Of a stretch of 64,000 nt of DNA, positions 19,582-28,338 are shown one piece after another (the stretch's first letter is position 1; each line of letters opens with the position of its first letter). A program made the position numbers and the translations under genes. The notes beneath the pieces were generated by a model, which saw only the letters and a program-made list of their open reading frames with translations, had not been told where the DNA came from and did not search any database. Source of the DNA: Variovorax sp. (GTDB lineage: Bacteria > Pseudomonadota > Gammaproteobacteria > Burkholderiales > Burkholderiaceae_C). Location: positions 45,388-109,387 of the forward strand of contig JANMDU010000058.1 in NCBI GenBank assembly GCA_031376455.1. The letters are read 5' to 3'.

Positions 19582-19610
19582 AACTCGCTGCGCGCTCAAG
19601 GAGCCTCAGC

Positions 19611-20819
19611 ATGAATCCACGCGCTTCCACCCAGCATTTGAGTCTGCCGTTTTTTGACGCGGCTCACAAAGACATTGGCAATTGCTTGGCGGATTGGCTG
19701 CCCAAGCAAGCAGTGAAAGAGAGCGATGATCGGGCGGCTTGCAAGGCTTGGGTGAAGTTGCTGGGGGCGAATCAGTGGCTGAAGTATTGTGTTCCGTCCG
19801 CACACGGCGGTGCGTTTGAGAAGATTGATTCACGCGCGCTAGTGATCTTGCGGGAGAACTTGGCTTTTCATTCTGCTTTGGGTGATTTTGCATTTGCAAT
19901 GCAGGGCTTGGGCACAGGTGCGATTTCGTTATCTGGCTCGCCTGAGTTGCAGAAAAACTATCTGCCTCAAGTCGCGCGTGGCGAAAAGATTGCCGCGTTT
20001 GCGCTGTCTGAGCCGGATGCGGGAAGTGATGTGGGCGCTATGAATACAGTAGCGTTTCACGCAGAAAATACGCCGGCTAGTGGCCATTTTTTCTATGAAA
20101 TTACAGGCCAAAAGACGTGGATCAGCAATGGCGGTATCGCTGATTTTTATTGCGTCTTTGCTAAGACAGATCTTGATGCGGGTTCACGCGGGATCAGTGT
20201 GTTTGTGTTGGATGCGGGCACGCAAGGCTTGGACGACAGCGAACACATCCAAGTGATGGCGCCTCATCCGCTCGCGGTGCTCAAGTTCGACAAATGCAAA
20301 GTGCCCAGTAGCCAAATGCTTGGCGAAGAAAACGGCGGCTTCAAGATTGCGATGGCAACGCTCGATATCTTCCGCCCCTCTGTTGCCGCTGCTGCTTTGG
20401 GGTTTGCACGCCGCGCTTTGCATGAAGCGCGCTCTTATGCGCAGCAGAGAAAAATGTTTGGCAAAACGCTGGCTGATCAACAAATCACGCAGGCCAAGCT
20501 GGGCGAGATGGCTGCACTGATTGATGCCGGCGCATTGCTCACCTACCGCGCGGCTTGGATGCGCGATGTGGCTCTGCCTGCCGGTGATGCATCACGAGAA
20601 GACTACACCGCTGCTGCTGCGATGGCAAAAATGGTCGCCACTGAAAACGCCAACAAAGTGATCGACATGTCGCTGCAAATGCACGGCGGCATGGGCGTGA
20701 AGGTCGGTACGCATATCGAAGCGTTGTATCGCGATATTCGCTCGCTGCGCATTTATGAAGGCGCCACCGAAGTACAGCAATTGATTCTCGGCAAATCTGT
20801 GCTCACTGGCGTGATTTGA
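19611..20819 (+). CDS. Acyl-CoA dehydrogenase
   Basis: ALSEPDAGSD, KTWISNG, YEGATEVQ; AAGGAG SD before ATG 19611. Confidence 0.93.
   Translation: MNPRASTQHLSLPFFDAAHKDIGNCLADWLPKQAVKESDDRAACKAWVKLLGANQWLKYCVPSAHGGAFEKIDSRALVILRENLAFHSALGDFAFAMQGLGTGAISLSGSPELQKNYLPQVARGEKIAAFALSEPDAGSDVGAMNTVAFHAENTPASGHFFYEITGQKTWISNGGIADFYCVFAKTDLDAGSRGISVFVLDAGTQGLDDSEHIQVMAPHPLAVLKFDKCKVPSSQMLGEENGGFKIAMATLDIFRPSVAAAALGFARRALHEARSYAQQRKMFGKTLADQQITQAKLGEMAALIDAGALLTYRAAWMRDVALPAGDASREDYTAAAAMAKMVATENANKVIDMSLQMHGGMGVKVGTHIEALYRDIRSLRIYEGATEVQQLILGKSVLTGVI
20037..20103 (-). repeat. Family-1 element, in-frame in the acyl-CoA dehydrogenase
   Basis: gctatgaatacagtagcgtttcacgcagaaaatacgccggctagtggcc. Confidence 0.75.
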
Positions 20820-20835
20820 GAAATTTCCACAAGAG

Positions 20836-22467
20836 GTGACTGCTGTGAAGACTGCACAACTTGATTCTTTTGTTCGCGATCAGTTGCCGCCGCAGGCGCA
20901 ATGGCCTGAATATCGGTTTGACCGCCCTGAGCTGCAGTTTCCGCAAGCGCTCAATGCCGTCGAGCAATTGCTTGACAACGCCGTGAGCAATAAAGGCTTC
21001 GCAGATCACGCGATGCTGCGCTCTGCGGTGCGCAACTTCACTTACGCGCAAGCGCAACAAGTGGTCAACCGCATCGCCGCATACCTGATCGAAGACTGCG
21101 GGCTCGTTCCCGGCAATCGCGTGCTGCTGCGCGGGCCCAATTCAATAGGCATGGCGCTTTGCTTCTTGGCTGTTGTGAAGGCAGGCTTGATCGCGGTGGC
21201 CACGATGCCGCTCTTGCGAGCCAAGGAGCTGTCGGAGATCATCCACAAAGCGCAGCCTGCGATGGCTTTATGTGATGGCCAGTGGCTGGCAGAGCTCGAA
21301 ACTGCTCATCAACAAACCCATGCACTGATGCAACGCGTGATCTGCTTTAACACCGAAGCTGATCAAGATTTGGGTGCGCTCTGTGCGAGCAAAAATGGCG
21401 ATTTCAAAGCCTGCCCCACGCTGGCTACCGATGTCGCCATGATGGCCTTTACTAGCGGCACAACCGGCTTACCCAAAGCTGCCGTGCATCTGCATCGCGA
21501 TTTGATGGCTGCTTGCGAATGCTGGCCGCGCCATGTGTTGCAAGCCAAGCCGAGTGACATCACACTCGGCTCGCCTCCTCTGGCCTTCACGTTCGGCCTC
21601 GGTGGCTTGCTGCTGTTTCCGATGTGGGCAGGCGCGAGCGTGTACTTTCATGACAAAGCCTACACGCCAGAAAATATGGTCGATGTGATCAACACGGTTG
21701 GCGCCACGATTTGCTACACCGCGCCCACGTTTTATCGCCAAATGGCCGCATTCGCCAAAGTCAAAGGCACGAAGAGTTTGCGCATCAGCGTGAGCGCAGG
21801 CGAAGGTTTGCCCGATGCGACACGCCAGCTTTGGAAAAAGGCCAGTGGTTTGGAGATGCTCGACGGCATTGGCGCCACCGAGATGTTTCATATCTTCATC
21901 TCCAGCGCCCGCCATGAGATCAAGAGCGGTGCGATTGGAAAAGTCGTGCCCGGCTACACAGCCAAGGTGGTGGATGATGATGGCAAGGAGCTGCCGCGTG
22001 GCCAAGTCGGCAAGCTCGCCGTGATTGGCCCCACGGGCTGCAAATACTTAAGCGACGAACGTCAAAAAAACTATGTCAAAAACGGCTGGAATTATCCCGG
22101 CGACGCCTTCATGCAAGACGACGATGGCTACTTTTTCTTCCAAGCCAGAGCCGACGACATGATCGTGAGCGCCGGCTACAACATCGGCGGCCCCGAGGTA
22201 GAAGATTGCTTGCTCAAACATCCCGCAGTGGCCGAATGCGGCGTGATCGGCCAAGCCGACGAGGAGCGCGGCATGATCGTCAAAGCCGTAATCGTTTTGA
22301 AGAGCGGGCATGTGGGCGATGAAGCGATGATCAAGACATTGCAAGATCATGTCAAAGCCCATCTCGCGCCCTACAAATATCCCCGTGCCATTGAATTTCG
22401 CATCCAGCTGCCGCGCACTGAAACCGGCAAACTACAACGCTTTAAATTACGAACTTTGGCGAACTAA
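20836..22467 (+). CDS. abmG: 2-aminobenzoate/benzoate-CoA ligase family
   Basis: FTSGTTGLPK, DGIGATEMFHIF, GYNIGGPEVE; in operon with abmA. Confidence 0.8.
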   Translation: MTAVKTAQLDSFVRDQLPPQAQWPEYRFDRPELQFPQALNAVEQLLDNAVSNKGFADHAMLRSAVRNFTYAQAQQVVNRIAAYLIEDCGLVPGNRVLLRGPNSIGMALCFLAVVKAGLIAVATMPLLRAKELSEIIHKAQPAMALCDGQWLAELETAHQQTHALMQRVICFNTEADQDLGALCASKNGDFKACPTLATDVAMMAFTSGTTGLPKAAVHLHRDLMAACECWPRHVLQAKPSDITLGSPPLAFTFGLGGLLLFPMWAGASVYFHDKAYTPENMVDVINTVGATICYTAPTFYRQMAAFAKVKGTKSLRISVSAGEGLPDATRQLWKKASGLEMLDGIGATEMFHIFISSARHEIKSGAIGKVVPGYTAKVVDDDGKELPRGQVGKLAVIGPTGCKYLSDERQKNYVKNGWNYPGDAFMQDDDGYFFFQARADDMIVSAGYNIGGPEVEDCLLKHPAVAECGVIGQADEERGMIVKAVIVLKSGHVGDEAMIKTLQDHVKAHLAPYKYPRAIEFRIQLPRTETGKLQRFKLRTLAN

Positions 22468-22473
22468 TCAAGG

Positions 22474-22610
22474 GAACGCAAAATTCGCAAAAACTACGCA
22501 GAAGACGCAAAAGTACCCTGATGAATTTTGGGTGCGAATCATTTCAGCAATGAACACCTCAATCCGTTCCACTTTTGCGTCGTTTGCATATTTCTGTGAA
22601 TTTTGCGTTC
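22474..22610. repeat. Family-2 palindromic element (CGCAAAA type)
   Basis: 13-bp perfect ends GAACGCAAAATTC / GAATTTTGCGTTC; arms about 41 nt. Confidence 0.88.
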
Positions 22611-22647
22611 TTCTCTCACTTCGCTATAACAATTGAGAAAGCCAACC

Positions 22648-23061
22648 ATGCTCCAAATACTCCAACCCCCCGATTGGGCTGCTGCTAAAGGCTACGCCAA
22701 CGGCATCGCTGTCACCCTCACCGCAGGCAGTCAGCTCATCTCCGTGGGAGGGCAGATTGGATGGAATGCGCAGCAGCAGTTTGAGAGCGATGATTTCATT
22801 GCTCAAACACGCCAAGCTTTGCTCAATGTGCGTGCGGTATTGGAGGCCGCAGGCGCAGGCCCTGAGCATATGACGCGCATGACTTGGTACATCACCGACT
22901 GCGAGGAATACAACACGCGGCTCAAAGAATTGGGCGGCGCTTACCGCGAAGTGATGGGGAAAAATTTTCCCGCCATGAGCTGCGTGGGCGTGGCGCGCTT
23001 GGTGGAAGCGCGCGCGAAGGTGGAGATTGAAGTTACTGCCATCAAATCTCAAAACTACTAA
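22648..23061 (+). CDS. RidA/YjgF family protein
   Basis: GYANG, GGQIGW, FPAMS, KVEIE. Confidence 0.9.
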   Translation: MLQILQPPDWAAAKGYANGIAVTLTAGSQLISVGGQIGWNAQQQFESDDFIAQTRQALLNVRAVLEAAGAGPEHMTRMTWYITDCEEYNTRLKELGGAYREVMGKNFPAMSCVGVARLVEARAKVEIEVTAIKSQNY

Positions 23062-23118
23062 TTTGATAGTACTCTACGCACATTTCATAATAGCTTATGG
23101 TCTTTTTCATAAAAAATT
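23054..23118 (-). repeat. Family-1 element (degenerate), overlaps the ridA stop
   Basis: actactaatttgatagtactctacgcaca matches the palindromic end. Confidence 0.55.
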
Positions 23119-23150
23119 CTCTCTGAGCAACACCATGATGCAAGCCAACC

Positions 23151-23963
23151 ATGCACATCCTTGACAACACAACCGTTCAGAATTTTCAGCGCGATGGCGC
23201 AGCTGTGTTGCGCGGTGTGCTGCCCACCATGCAGCTCATGCAACTCGAATTGGGCATCGAAGAAAATTTAGCAAACCTCAGCCCGCTGGCGATTACAGCC
23301 AGTGATGCCGATGACCCCGGCCTATTCGTTGAAGACTTTTGCACTTGGCAAAGCAACTTCCATTACGAGAGCATTTTGAAAGAAACAGCGCTGCCGTGGA
23401 TTGCGCGCGATTTGATGCAGAGCGAATCAGTACGGATTTATCACGACCATCTGCTGGTCAAAGAAGGTGGCACGCGCGCACCGACGCCGTGGCATCAAGA
23501 TCAGCCTTACTACAACATCTCAGGTCGCCAGAATGTGAGCTTTTGGATTCCGGTGGATTCTGTGCTCATCGAAAGCAGCTTGCGACTCATTGCGGGCTCA
23601 CACAGCGGCATATGGTTCATGCCGCGCACCTTTCGGGATGCACAGGCCAAGTGGTTTCCTGAAGGAGCGCTGCAAGAGTTGCCAAATATTGAAGCTGGCC
23701 TCAAAGCCGAGCCTGCGCAATTCAAAGAACTTTGCTGGGCACTCGAGCCCGGCGATTGCATCGCTTTTCACATGCTCACCTTGCACGCCACACGCGGCAC
23801 ATTGCCCGATCAACGTCGCCGCGTATTCAGCGCCCGCTACATCGGCGACGATGCCCGCCACGCCATTCGCCCTTGGCGCACCTCGCCACCGTTTGAAGGT
23901 TTGACCCAACGGTTGCCGGATGGCGCTGAGATGGACGATGCGCAGTTTCCGCGATTGCTTTGA
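23151..23963 (+). CDS. Phytanoyl-CoA dioxygenase (PhyH) family Fe(II)/2OG enzyme
   Basis: TPWHQD (HxD), distal H in TLHAT, RRVFS. Confidence 0.88.
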   Translation: MHILDNTTVQNFQRDGAAVLRGVLPTMQLMQLELGIEENLANLSPLAITASDADDPGLFVEDFCTWQSNFHYESILKETALPWIARDLMQSESVRIYHDHLLVKEGGTRAPTPWHQDQPYYNISGRQNVSFWIPVDSVLIESSLRLIAGSHSGIWFMPRTFRDAQAKWFPEGALQELPNIEAGLKAEPAQFKELCWALEPGDCIAFHMLTLHATRGTLPDQRRRVFSARYIGDDARHAIRPWRTSPPFEGLTQRLPDGAEMDDAQFPRLL

Positions 23964-23972
23964 CAGCGTAGT

Positions 23973-24614
23973 TCAGCTTTCGGCTTGTTGGTTGTGGAAA
24001 TCTTCGTAGATCTCTTTGATGGTTCTGCCATTGAACGTCCAATGCGGTGAGGGCTGTATCGCATAGTCGTCTGGCAAATCGAGTAGCTTGCGAGTCGCCG
24101 CAGTCAGTGAACACACCACGCCCGAAAACTCTACTTTCTTCTCTGCCACGATCACGGCTTGTTGCTGGCCATCTTTTGACATCAGCACGCTGCCATTGGC
24201 AATGCCCAACTCATGGAAATTCATCGGCGGGCGCATGCTGCGTTTGACGGCGAGAGCAGATTGCTTGTCTGCGCTAGGCAGATCGGCTTCAATCGTTTGC
24301 TCAAACTCTGCCGTGATGTCATCGACTTTCAACAGTTTCAAAACTGCAACCACGCGCTCAGGTTCGAGTTTAAAAAACTCACGGTTCGGATTGAGTCGCG
24401 TCATACCAAATGCCAGATGCAGCGCTTTCTCTACTTCGCTGGCGTCTTTTACCTTGCAGGCAAATGCGCAATCAAACGGAATCGGCACGCCGGTGCTGTA
24501 GAGCTGTTTCATACGCTCTTTCACCTCCCGCTGCGTTGTTTTGCCGATTTTGACCAAGCCCGGCATGGCGGGATTGGTCAGCACATAAACAATCTGACTG
24601 AGCTTATCCGCCAT
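23973..24614 (-). CDS. GIY-YIG-like nuclease (T5orf172 domain) with probable C-terminal RAMA-like domain
   Basis: IVYVLTNPAMPGLVKIGKT..V.ERM..L, E..LH, REFF; C-terminal SLTAAT...PSPHWTFNG. Confidence 0.82.
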   Translation of the reverse strand: MADKLSQIVYVLTNPAMPGLVKIGKTTQREVKERMKQLYSTGVPIPFDCAFACKVKDASEVEKALHLAFGMTRLNPNREFFKLEPERVVAVLKLLKVDDITAEFEQTIEADLPSADKQSALAVKRSMRPPMNFHELGIANGSVLMSKDGQQQAVIVAEKKVEFSGVVCSLTAATRKLLDLPDDYAIQPSPHWTFNGRTIKEIYEDFHNQQAES

Positions 24615-24615
24615 T

Positions 24616-25611
24616 TCAATCCACCCTCGCCCCACTCGCCTTCACCGGCTTCTCATACCTGGCCCGCTCGCCCTGCATGAAGGCGGCGAACTCAGATGCG
24701 CTGCTGGGCGATGGCTCGGCCATGAGGGTGGCGTAGCGGGTTTGGGTCTCGGGGGATTTGAGGGCGGTGGTCAACGCCGTGTTGAGTTTGTTCATCACTT
24801 CGGCGGGTGTGCCTGCGGGAGCAACGAGACCCCACCAAGTGTCGACTGCGAAGCCACTGAATAAATTGGGCATGGCCTCGGCGAGCGCGGGCACATCGGG
24901 CATGGTGCTGGAGCGTTTGAGGGTGGTGACGGCCAGCGCTTTGAGCTTGCCGCTGCGGATGTTGGGCGCGGCAGTGGCGAGGTTGTCGAAGTTGAAATCG
25001 ACTTGGGCTGAGAGCAAGGCCAGTTGCGCGGGATTGCCGCCGTTGTAGGGAATGTGGACGGCAAACACGCCAGCGCGCTGCTTGAACATTTCGCCGGCCA
25101 GATGGCCGCCTGAGCCGTTGCCGCCTGATGCGAAGTTGAGTTTGCCGGGGTTGGCTTTTGCGTAAGCGACGAAATCTTGCAGGGTGTTGATATTCAATCG
25201 CTTGGCCGTATCCGCATTCATCACCAGCACATTGGGCACGCGCAGCATTTGCGTGATCGGCGCGAAATCTTTGCCTGCGTCGTAGGGCATCTTGGCGTAG
25301 AGCCAAGGGTTGATAGCGTGTGTGGCGAGCGCGGCGATACCAATGGTCAATCCATCGGGTGCGGCTTTGGCCACAATGTCTGCGCCAATATTGCCGCCCG
25401 CGCCGGGTTTGTTGTCGATGATGACCGTGCCTAGGCTCGTTTTGACTTGCTCAGCAATGAGGCGAGCTGTCACGTCAATCGGGCCACCTGCTGCGTAGGG
25501 AACGACGAGGCGGATCGGCTTTTGTTGGCTAAAAGCGCTAGTAGCCGGCAGGGATATTGCGCTGAGCGCTATTGATTTAGTAGTGATGGAGAGGAGTTGG
25601 CGGCGTTGCAT
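24616..25611 (-). CDS. Bug/TctC family substrate-binding protein
   Basis: PIRLVVPYAAGGPID, DNKPGAGG. Confidence 0.92.
   Translation of the reverse strand: MQRRQLLSITTKSIALSAISLPATSAFSQQKPIRLVVPYAAGGPIDVTARLIAEQVKTSLGTVIIDNKPGAGGNIGADIVAKAAPDGLTIGIAALATHAINPWLYAKMPYDAGKDFAPITQMLRVPNVLVMNADTAKRLNINTLQDFVAYAKANPGKLNFASGGNGSGGHLAGEMFKQRAGVFAVHIPYNGGNPAQLALLSAQVDFNFDNLATAAPNIRSGKLKALAVTTLKRSSTMPDVPALAEAMPNLFSGFAVDTWWGLVAPAGTPAEVMNKLNTALTTALKSPETQTRYATLMAEPSPSSASEFAAFMQGERARYEKPVKASGARVD
25517..25584 (+). repeat. Family-1 element, in-frame in a Bug signal peptide
   Basis: gctagtagccggcagggatattgcgctgagcgctattgatttagtagt. Confidence 0.75.
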
Positions 25612-25636
25612 GATGGTGGTTTCTTTCTTGAGAGGC

Positions 25637-25717
25637 GAACGCAAAAACCGCAGAAAAATCCCAATTGATTTTCTGAATTTTTTGCGTCTTCTGCGTACCT
25701 CTGCGTCTTTTGCGTTT
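25637..25717. repeat. Family-2 palindromic element (CGCAAAA type)
   Basis: gaacgcaaaaaccgcagaaa...tttgcgtcttctgcgtacctctgcgtcttttgcgttt. Confidence 0.82.
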
Positions 25718-25739
25718 TATGGGTTGAGTGCCAAAAAAT

Positions 25740-26741
25740 TTAATCCAGCTTCGCCCCCGAGCGCTTGATGATGGGCTCCCATTTCTTGGCCTCATCAGCA
25801 ATCAGCTTGCCGAAGTCATCTGCACTCCCACCCACCGCATCAAGCCCTGCAGATTTCATGCGCTCTTGCACCACGGCTTCTTTCATGGCGGCGTTGATGG
25901 CGCTGTTGATGCGGTCAATCGTTGCGCGCGGTGTGCCAGCAGCCACCAGCACGCCGTTCCATGCGATGGCTTCAAAGCCTGCGAGCTCTTTCAAGCCGCT
26001 GCTCTCCACGGTGGGCAGCTCAGGCGTGAGGCTGTAGCGCGTTTTGCCTGTGACGGCCAGTGCTTTCATACGGCCTGCGCGCACCTGCGGCAAAATGAGC
26101 GTGGGCACGGTGGCGAGGATTTGTGTGTCGCCAGCAGCTGTGGCAAGCGCGGCAGGCGGGCCGCCGTTGAACGGGATGTGGACGGCGAATGTGCCCGTGA
26201 GCGCTTTCAGATACTCCATCGTGAGATGCGACGATGAGCCATTGCCCACCGAGGCGTAGTTGTACTTCCCAGGGTTGGCATTGAGCAGCGCGACCAGCTC
26301 TTTCATGTTGTTGGCAGGCACATTCGCGTTGACGGCAATGATGTTGGGCTGCGATGTGGTGATCACCACAGGGCTCAAATCTTTGAGCGGGTTGTAGGGC
26401 AGCTTGCTGTAGAGAAAAGGCGCAAACGCCACTGGGCCATTGAAACCAAGCAGCCAAGTGTGGCCATCGGGCGCGCTTTTGGCCACTTCGTTGGTGGCCA
26501 CGGTGCCGCCTGCGGCTGGGCGGTTTTCAATGACGATAGGTTGCCCCAGTGTGGCAGCCAGACGATCTTGCATCGCGCGGGCAATCGCATCGAGCGAGCT
26601 GCCTGCGCCGGAGGCAATGATCCAGCGGATGGGTTTGGAAGGGAAATTTTGAGAAAAAGCGGAGATAGCCGGCGTAGAGACTGCGCAAGCTGCTATGGTT
26701 TTGATAGTGTTTCGTCTAGTGATGAGACCAGGAAAAGTCAT
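25740..26741 (-). CDS. Bug/TctC family substrate-binding protein
   Basis: FPSKPIRWII, ENRPAAGG, NYASVGNGS. Confidence 0.92.
   Translation of the reverse strand: MTFPGLITRRNTIKTIAACAVSTPAISAFSQNFPSKPIRWIIASGAGSSLDAIARAMQDRLAATLGQPIVIENRPAAGGTVATNEVAKSAPDGHTWLLGFNGPVAFAPFLYSKLPYNPLKDLSPVVITTSQPNIIAVNANVPANNMKELVALLNANPGKYNYASVGNGSSSHLTMEYLKALTGTFAVHIPFNGGPPAALATAAGDTQILATVPTLILPQVRAGRMKALAVTGKTRYSLTPELPTVESSGLKELAGFEAIAWNGVLVAAGTPRATIDRINSAINAAMKEAVVQERMKSAGLDAVGGSADDFGKLIADEAKKWEPIIKRSGAKLD
26641..26708 (+). repeat. Family-1 element, in-frame in a Bug signal peptide
   Basis: ggagatagccggcgtagagactgcgcaagctgctatggttttgatagt. Confidence 0.78.
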
Positions 26742-26891
26742 GATGCGAGAGCCATTTGAGTTAAGTTAACCAAACTTTACCTTGCTTTGCATGCCCTTTG
26801 TGAGCGGGTTGCCACTGAGGCGCGTTGTAGGTGCATCTGCTCGATATTGTCATTGGCAGATGCAAATATTCCTTAACCGATGGAGAACACG

Positions 26892-27245
26892 ATGAAATTT
26901 CATACCGCAGTCGCTGCACTAAGCCTGGCTCTGGCTGGCTCAGTTTTCGCACAAACCACTACCCCTGTGGCACCCGCAGCGCCCACCACGCCCCGCGTGG
27001 ACAAGCGCGAAGCCAAGCAGCAGGCGCGCATTGACCAAGGTGTGGCCTCTGGCCAGCTTACTCAAAAAGAAACCACACGCCTAGAGAACGGCCAAGCCCG
27101 CGTCAATCAAGCAGAAGCCAGCGCCAAAGCCGATGGCCAAGTGACGCGCAAAGAAAGAAAGCATCTTGAGCACATGCAAGACAAACAAAGCCGCCACATC
27201 AAGCATCAAAAGAATGACAAGCAAATGGTCAAGCCAGCGGGTTAA
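26892..27245 (+). CDS. Small secreted charged alpha-helical protein of unknown function
   Basis: Signal peptide ending VFA-Q; repeated GQLT.KE..RL / GQVTRKERKHL; GGAG SD. Confidence 0.8.
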   Translation: MKFHTAVAALSLALAGSVFAQTTTPVAPAAPTTPRVDKREAKQQARIDQGVASGQLTQKETTRLENGQARVNQAEASAKADGQVTRKERKHLEHMQDKQSRHIKHQKNDKQMVKPAG

Positions 27246-27264
27246 TTGAGCCCGATGCAGCGAA

Positions 27265-28302
27265 TTAAGCTTTGGCTTTATCGGCTTCTGTGGTGAACGA
27301 GTCTGCGTAAAACTCATCTGATGGCAGGCCGCGCTGTGCGACAAAATCGCGTAACGCGGAATCCACCACAACCGGTGCGCCGCAGGCATACACTTGGGTA
27401 GCGCCCATATCGGAAAAATCATCCAGCACGGCTTTATGAACGAAGCCTGTGCGGCCTGTCCAACCATCTTCTGGCAAAGCATCTGAGACGACAGGGATGT
27501 AGCTCAAATTCGGCATCTCAGCCAAGCGCTCTTTGACCCATGCATCAAGGTATAAATCTTCAGGCCGGCGGCCACCCCAGTAGAGCACAGTGGGGCGCGT
27601 GATATTTTTGAATTGCATATGCTCGATCAATGCTTTGATCGGCGCAAATCCGGTGCCCGAGGCCAACATGACAATCGGCTTATCGCTCTCACGCAAATAA
27701 AAGCTGCCATAGGGCCCTTCGATGCGCAGAATTTCTTTTTCTTTCATCGCACCAAACACGTGATCCGTGAATTTTCCGCCCGGCGTGTGGCGAATGTGCA
27801 GCTCAATCATCGGCGCAGCGGCGTCTAACGTATGAGGCGCATTACCCATGGAATACGCCCGGCGCGCGCCATCGCGCAGCAAAAATTCAACGTATTGCCC
27901 CGCGTGATACTGCACCACATCGTTGGCAGGCAATTGCAGCTTGATGCGCATCACGTCGTGCGAGAGTTTTTCAAGCGCCATCACGCGGCTGGGCATTTTT
28001 TTGATCGGGAACGCGCCAGCTTCGGTGACTTGTTTGGATTCGAGCAATACATCGGAGAGTGGCTTGGCGCAGCAGGTGAGCACAAAGCCGTTTTCCTCTT
28101 CCTCGGCGCTCAAAGCTTTGGATTGATGCGGCCCATGCTCCACGGAGCCTGAGATTTTTTTGCATTTGCAACTGCCGCAGGCGCCATCTTTGCAGCCATA
28201 GGGCAAGCCGATGCCTTGGGCAATACCTGCCGCAAGAATGAATTGATCAGGATTCACTGCGAAGCTGCGATTGCTGGGCTGGATGGTGATTTGGAAAGAC
28301 AT
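27265..28302 (-). CDS. 2Fe-2S ferredoxin-NAD(P)H flavin reductase (CDP-6-deoxy-delta-3,4-glucoseen reductase-like)
   Basis: CKDGACGSCKC, LTCC, RAYS, ASGTGFAP. Confidence 0.9.
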   Translation of the reverse strand: MSFQITIQPSNRSFAVNPDQFILAAGIAQGIGLPYGCKDGACGSCKCKKISGSVEHGPHQSKALSAEEEENGFVLTCCAKPLSDVLLESKQVTEAGAFPIKKMPSRVMALEKLSHDVMRIKLQLPANDVVQYHAGQYVEFLLRDGARRAYSMGNAPHTLDAAAPMIELHIRHTPGGKFTDHVFGAMKEKEILRIEGPYGSFYLRESDKPIVMLASGTGFAPIKALIEHMQFKNITRPTVLYWGGRRPEDLYLDAWVKERLAEMPNLSYIPVVSDALPEDGWTGRTGFVHKAVLDDFSDMGATQVYACGAPVVVDSALRDFVAQRGLPSDEFYADSFTTEADKAKA

Positions 28303-28338
28303 GACAATAGGCGCTGTTAAATTCAAACAGCCTAGATT

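Noticed and set aside
19500-19610. N-terminal extension of the acyl-CoA dehydrogenase ORF
   Set aside because: It is the translated family-2 repeat; a good SD supports ATG 19611.
24616-25611. Apparently higher GC in the Bug gene preceding the nuclease, hinting at horizontal transfer
   Set aside because: Impression only; GC and GC3 could not be computed, and no att sites or mobility genes were seen.
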